From Paracoccaceae bacterium (GTDB taxonomy: Bacteria; Pseudomonadota; Alphaproteobacteria; Rhodobacterales; Rhodobacteraceae): a DNA stretch of 40,098 bases. Each line of letters begins with the position of its first letter. Position 1 is the stretch's first letter. The translations under genes and the position numbers were made by a program. The stretch covers positions 1-40,098 of the forward strand of contig JANMOK010000144.1 of NCBI GenBank assembly GCA_031369165.1, given 5' to 3'. The notes under the pieces were generated by a model. The model was not told the origin of the DNA, did no database searches, and saw only the letters and a list, made by a program, of their open reading frames with translations. This document shows, piece after piece, positions 35,708 through 40,098 of this stretch.

Positions 35708-36903
35708 TGCCCCTTGTCGACACAACCTACCGCATCGAACCTGCCCGGATTGACGATATTCCGGAAAGTTTGGCTGACTTGATTGCCGAACTTTCTGCTC
35801 AATCCGCCAAACTGGGTGCCGCGTTACACCCCCAAACAGCCAAGGATTTGGCCGCGATGGTTCGGATAATGAATTCGTACTACAGCAACCTGATCGAAGG
35901 TAACAACACCAGTCCGCGCGATATTGAACGCGCGTTATCCGGGCAAATGGACGACGATTCTGAACGGCGAGATTTACAGGTTGAAAGTGCAGCGCACGTG
36001 CGATTGCAAGCAGAAATAGATGAACTGGCGGCAAACGGACAATTACCAGACCCCTGCGATCAAAGCACGATCAAGTGGCTGCATGCGGAGTTTTATCGAG
36101 GCGTCAGCAATAAAATGCTGATGATCGGCGAAGGGTCGAAAATTCGTCAAATGGTTCCAGGAGACTTTCGCTCCGGTGAAGAACAAAACGTTGCAGTCGG
36201 AAGGCACGAACCTCCATCAAGCAATCGGGTCGCCGCATTCATGGCGTATTTCCACGAGCGCTTTCGGATAGATCGGATGGGAACATCGGCGCGAATTCTG
36301 GCGATAGCGACCGCGCACCATCGATTTGCCTATATACACCCGTTTTTGGATGGGAATGGGCGCGTTGCCAGATTGCTGTCACACGCAATGGCGCATCACG
36401 CCGGCATTGGTGCCCAAGGGCTTTGGGCAGTTTCTCGTGGTCTGGCACGCGGAATTAATAGTCGAAGCGATTACAAACGCATGATGGACCATGCCGATAT
36501 GCCGCGACAAGGCGATATAGACGGCCGCGGAAATCTGTCGTTGGCAGCGCTGGTCCAGTTTACGGACTGGTTTCTGAAGACCTGTTTAGATCAGATCGAA
36601 TTCATGAGCGGGCTATTTGAATTGAGAAAACTTTGTGATCGTTTGGAAAAATACGTTGGCCAGAACGATGGGCTACGCCCCGAAACAGCCCGACTTATGA
36701 AACCTTTGCTGGCGCACGGTGAAATTGAGCGTGGTCAATTGCCAGCTATGCTCGGACTGCCGGAAAGGACGGCGAGACGCGTAATTGGGGACCTTTTGGC
36801 AGACGGAATTATCGGCTCAACAACAGAGAGAGGCCCAGTCTCGCTGAGATTTCCGACCAAAACCCACGACGTGTTGTTTCCGAGGTTATTCACCGAAAGC
36901 TAG
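35707..36903 (+). CDS. Fic-family protein (Fic_N-like region, Fic core, C-terminal winged-helix-like domain)
   Basis: Canonical active-site motif HPFLDGNGRVAR (36337-36372). An N-terminal S-N-L-I-E-G (35884-35901) fits the (S/T)xxxE(G/N) inhibitory-helix motif. The C-terminal segment LPAMLGLPERTARRVIGDLLADGII looks like an HTH. The gene is visibly more A/T-rich than its neighbours. Confidence 0.9.
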   Translation: MPLVDTTYRIEPARIDDIPESLADLIAELSAQSAKLGAALHPQTAKDLAAMVRIMNSYYSNLIEGNNTSPRDIERALSGQMDDDSERRDLQVESAAHVRLQAEIDELAANGQLPDPCDQSTIKWLHAEFYRGVSNKMLMIGEGSKIRQMVPGDFRSGEEQNVAVGRHEPPSSNRVAAFMAYFHERFRIDRMGTSARILAIATAHHRFAYIHPFLDGNGRVARLLSHAMAHHAGIGAQGLWAVSRGLARGINSRSDYKRMMDHADMPRQGDIDGRGNLSLAALVQFTDWFLKTCLDQIEFMSGLFELRKLCDRLEKYVGQNDGLRPETARLMKPLLAHGEIERGQLPAMLGLPERTARRVIGDLLADGIIGSTTERGPVSLRFPTKTHDVLFPRLFTES

Positions 36904-37035
36904 GGCGGGCGAGCCGAAGGCGCCTCCACTTGCGCCTTGACTTGCCCCCCTTCCACATAGGAAACCGCAGGTTAACCAATTGCCGTCATTGATACGCGGC
37001 AAATGTGCGGAATCCGACCCTTAGCGGAGGCAAAA

Positions 37036-39786
37036 ATGACCATCATCACCGGACAGGACAAAGGCAAGACGCGGCGCGAACTGGCGGTGGGCGGGGCGAA
37101 ATATGCTTATTACTCGATCCCGGCGGCGGAAGCGGCGGGGTTGGGGGTGTTTGGCAACTTACCAGCGGCGCTGAAGGTGGTGTTGGAGAATATGCTGCGC
37201 TTTGAGGATGGCAGGACGGTGACGCTGGATGATATTCGCGCCTTTTCCGAGTGGGGCAAGGCTGGCGGCAAGAACCCGCGCGAGATTGCCTATCGCCCGG
37301 CGCGGGTACTGATGCAGGATTTCACCGGGGTGCCAGCGGTGGTGGATTTGGCCGCCATGCGCGATGCGATGGTGGCGCTGGGCGGCAACCCGGAAAAGAT
37401 CAACCCGCTGAACCCGGTTGATCTGGTGATCGACCATTCGGTGATGATCGACGAATTCGGCAATCCGCGCGCCTTCCAGATGAACGTCGACCGCGAATAT
37501 GAACGCAACATGGAGCGCTCCGAGTTTCTGAAATGGGGCCAGGGCGCGTTCAACAATTTCCGGGTGGTGCCGCCGGGCACCGGGATTTGCCATCAGGTCA
37601 ACCTTGAATATCTGGCGCAGACGGTGTGGACGGATAAAGACCAGACCGGGGCGAATGTGGCCTATCCCGACACGCTGGTCGGCACCGACAGCCATACCAC
37701 GATGATCAACGGCCTGGCCGTGCTTGGATGGGGGGTCGGCGGCATCGAGGCCGAGGCGGCGATGCTGGGGCAACCGGTTTCCATGCTGATACCCGAAGTT
37801 GTTGGCTTCAAGCTGACAGGCCGGATGGTTGAAGGAACGACGGCGACCGATCTGGTGCTGAAAGTGGTGCAGATGCTGCGCAAACACGGTGTTGTCAGCA
37901 AGTTTGTCGAATTCTGGGGCGAAGGTCTGGATCATCTGCCTTTGGCCGACCGGGCGACGATTGCCAATATGGCGCCGGAATATGGCGCCACCTGTGGCTT
38001 TTTCCCGGTTGATGACGAAACGTTGCGTTATTTGCGCCAGACCGGGCGCGACAAGGCGCGGGTGGCGCTGGTCGAGGCTTATGCCAAGGCACAGGGTATG
38101 TGGCGGGGAAAGGATTATGCGCCGATTTATACCAGCACGCTGGAGCTGGACATCGGTGAGATTGTGCCCGCTATTTCGGGCCCGAAACGGCCGCAAGATT
38201 ACACGCTGCTGACTCAATCGGCGATGTCGTTTCTGAACGTGGTGCAGGAATATCGCGGCATGGCCGCCAACGCGGCGACGGCCGAGATGAACGCCGAGGG
38301 TCCGGCACCGCTCATTCCGGCGGATTTGCGCAAAACCGTCGGGGTCGAGGGCGAGGATTACACGTTGCGCGACGGGTCGGTGGTGATTGCGTCGATCACC
38401 TCCTGCACCAACACCTCAAACCCCTATGTGATGATAGGGGCCGGGTTGGTGGCGCGCAAGGCGCGGGCTTTGGGACTGAACAGCAAACCTTGGGTCAAGA
38501 CCTCGCTGGCACCGGGATCGCAGGTGGTGTCGGAATATCTGAATGCGGCCGGACTGCAGGAGGATCTGGATGCCATCGGCTTCAATCTGGTCGGCTATGG
38601 CTGCACCACGTGCATCGGCAATTCGGGACCGTTGCAGCCGGAAATCTCGAAAGCCATCGCCCACAGCGACCTGATCGCCGTGTCGGTCCTGTCGGGCAAC
38701 CGCAATTTCGAGGGGCGGATTTCGCCCGATGTGCGGGCGAACTATCTGGCCAGCCCGCCGCTGGTTGTGGCCTATGCCTTGGCTGGTGACATGAACATTG
38801 ACCTGACGACCCAGCCATTGGGCAAAGGGTCAGGCGGGCAGGATGTGTACCTCAAGGATATCTGGCCAAGCACGCGCGAGATTGCCGATTTGGTGGAAAA
38901 AACTGTCACCCGCGCGGCGTTCCAGTCGAAATATGCTGATGTTTTCAATGGCGATGACAAGTGGCGGGCGGTGAAGGTTTCCGACGCCCTGACCTATGAT
39001 TGGCCGAGCGGATCAACCTATGTGCAAAACCCGCCGTATTTCCAGGGAATGGCCCGCGAAAAGGGGGCGATTCATGATATTGCCGGGGCGAAATTGCTGG
39101 CGGTTTTGGGCGACATGGTGACAACCGACCATATTTCGCCCGCCGGGTCGTTCAAGGCGGCATCGCCTGCCGGGATTTATCTGACGGAACGGCAGGTGCC
39201 GGTTTCGGAGTTCAACTCTTACGGCTCGCGACGCGGCAACCACGAGATCATGATGCGTGGAACATTCGCCAATATCCGGATCAGGAACGAGATGCTGGAC
39301 GGGGTTGAGGGCGGTTACACGCTGGGGCCGGGCGGCGTGCAGACCTCGATCTATGACGCGGCGATGGCGCATGTCGCGGCGGGAACGCCGCTGATCGTGG
39401 TGGGCGGCATCGAATATGGCGCCGGTTCCAGCCGCGACTGGGCAGCGAAGGGCGCGGCGTTGTTGGGGGTCAAGGCGGTGATTGCCGAGAGTTTCGAGCG
39501 GATACACCGCTCGAACCTGGTTGGGATGGGGGTTATTCCGTTTGAGTTTACGGGAGGGGATTCGCGTAAGTCGCTGGGATTGAAGGGGGATGAGACGCTG
39601 TCGATTTCGGGACTGGCAGGGGCACTGAAGCCGTTGGCGGAGGTGCCGTGCGAGATTTTGTATGGTGATGGGACGGTCAAAATGATCCAACTCAAATGCC
39701 GGATCGATACGGCGATTGAGATTGAGTATGTCGAGAATGGCGGGGTTTTGCACTACGTGCTGCGGAATTTGGCGAAGGCGGGGTAG
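37036..39786 (+). CDS. acnA: Aconitate hydratase A
   Basis: ATG 37036 lies 5 nt after GGAGG. Blocks VLMQDFTGVPAVVDLAAMR, DHSV, GTDSHTTMINGL, ITSCTNTSNP, GCTTCIGNSG and VLSGNRNFEGR include the three Fe-S Cys ligands. About 916 aa. Confidence 0.97.
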   Translation: MTIITGQDKGKTRRELAVGGAKYAYYSIPAAEAAGLGVFGNLPAALKVVLENMLRFEDGRTVTLDDIRAFSEWGKAGGKNPREIAYRPARVLMQDFTGVPAVVDLAAMRDAMVALGGNPEKINPLNPVDLVIDHSVMIDEFGNPRAFQMNVDREYERNMERSEFLKWGQGAFNNFRVVPPGTGICHQVNLEYLAQTVWTDKDQTGANVAYPDTLVGTDSHTTMINGLAVLGWGVGGIEAEAAMLGQPVSMLIPEVVGFKLTGRMVEGTTATDLVLKVVQMLRKHGVVSKFVEFWGEGLDHLPLADRATIANMAPEYGATCGFFPVDDETLRYLRQTGRDKARVALVEAYAKAQGMWRGKDYAPIYTSTLELDIGEIVPAISGPKRPQDYTLLTQSAMSFLNVVQEYRGMAANAATAEMNAEGPAPLIPADLRKTVGVEGEDYTLRDGSVVIASITSCTNTSNPYVMIGAGLVARKARALGLNSKPWVKTSLAPGSQVVSEYLNAAGLQEDLDAIGFNLVGYGCTTCIGNSGPLQPEISKAIAHSDLIAVSVLSGNRNFEGRISPDVRANYLASPPLVVAYALAGDMNIDLTTQPLGKGSGGQDVYLKDIWPSTREIADLVEKTVTRAAFQSKYADVFNGDDKWRAVKVSDALTYDWPSGSTYVQNPPYFQGMAREKGAIHDIAGAKLLAVLGDMVTTDHISPAGSFKAASPAGIYLTERQVPVSEFNSYGSRRGNHEIMMRGTFANIRIRNEMLDGVEGGYTLGPGGVQTSIYDAAMAHVAAGTPLIVVGGIEYGAGSSRDWAAKGAALLGVKAVIAESFERIHRSNLVGMGVIPFEFTGGDSRKSLGLKGDETLSISGLAGALKPLAEVPCEILYGDGTVKMIQLKCRIDTAIEIEYVENGGVLHYVLRNLAKAG

Positions 39787-39831
39787 GGTGCACTTTTAAC
39801 GCACCAATTGTTAAACGTGGAAATATTGACG

Positions 39832-39847
39832 GTGCGCTGAAGCGCAC
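39832..39847 (+). terminator. Hairpin downstream of acnA
   Basis: GTGCGC-TGAA-GCGCAC, a 6-bp stem about 45 nt after the acnA stop in an A/T-richer spacer. No clear U-tract. Confidence 0.35.
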
Positions 39848-39890
39848 TACGGCTCGTTTACGGTTCGTCCATATATAGGCGACCGCGATT

Positions 39891-40097
39891 TCAGATTGGC
39901 ACCACCGCCGCCCTGTAAAGATGCCAGGTCGCATGCCCCAGCACCGGCATGACCACGATCAGGCCAAGGAACAGCGGGATCGAGCCGAGTACCAGCATCG
40001 TAGCGACAATCAGGCCCCAAGCGGCGACCGGGCCGGGGTTTAGGCGGGCGACGCGCAGCGAGGTGGCTACCGCCACGGGAACGCCGACGTTGCGGTC
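39891..40097 (-). CDS. DUF2189-like integral membrane protein, C-terminal part (5' end outside the window)
   Basis: The frame is open to the window edge. ...LIVATMLVLGSIPLFLGLIVVMPVLGHATWHLYRAAV resembles the conserved C-terminus (P.LGHATWHLYR) of the DUF2189 family as I recall it. Confidence 0.6.
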   Translation of the reverse strand, partial: DRNVGVPVAVATSLRVARLNPGPVAAWGLIVATMLVLGSIPLFLGLIVVMPVLGHATWHLYRAAVVPI

Positions 40098-40098
40098 G

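Noticed and set aside
37159-39753. Minus-strand ORFs 37159-38217 (352 aa) and 39013-39753 (246 aa) inside acnA
   Set aside because: They are antisense to aconitase, which is identified over its whole length. The composition is typical of shadow ORFs.

Overview
GC-rich chromosomal window with alphaproteobacterial housekeeping content. The ccmA-B-C-D-G order matches helABCDX of Rhodobacter capsulatus, so a Rhodobacterales-like organism is plausible. I call about 40 protein genes: serC (partial), serA, purA, sdaA, rpiA, gor, hflK, hflC, a DegP/HtrA protease, a 2Fe-2S ferredoxin, purD, xseA, ftsY, yciB, ccmGDCBA, acnA, thiamine pyrophosphokinase, an EamA transporter, a CDP-alcohol phosphatidyltransferase and several DUF proteins. 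I found no rRNA, tRNA, CRISPR array or transposase. Many long ORFs in the six-frame track are antisense shadow ORFs of this GC-rich DNA and are rejected. Six regions deserve a second look. (1) An uncharacterised operon of two paralogous DUF1326 proteins plus a DUF2182 membrane protein (2532-4588). (2) A tightly packed minus-strand cluster of FkbM methyltransferase, small secreted Cys protein, MprF/LpiA-like synthase, DUF255/YyaL thioredoxin-domain protein and a second small secreted paralogue (24417-30986). (3) An A/T-richer Fic gene inserted between ccmA and acnA, preceded by four copies of the 12-mer GATCGGCCAAAA (35563-37035). (4) A very acidic 677-aa protein with an internal duplication of about 210-222 bp (6927-8960). 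(5) Two decayed genes: a dnaE2 C-terminal remnant and a DUF1761-like gene with an in-frame TAG. (6) A 107-bp nested palindromic element after serA. All family assignments come from reading the translations by eye, with no database search.
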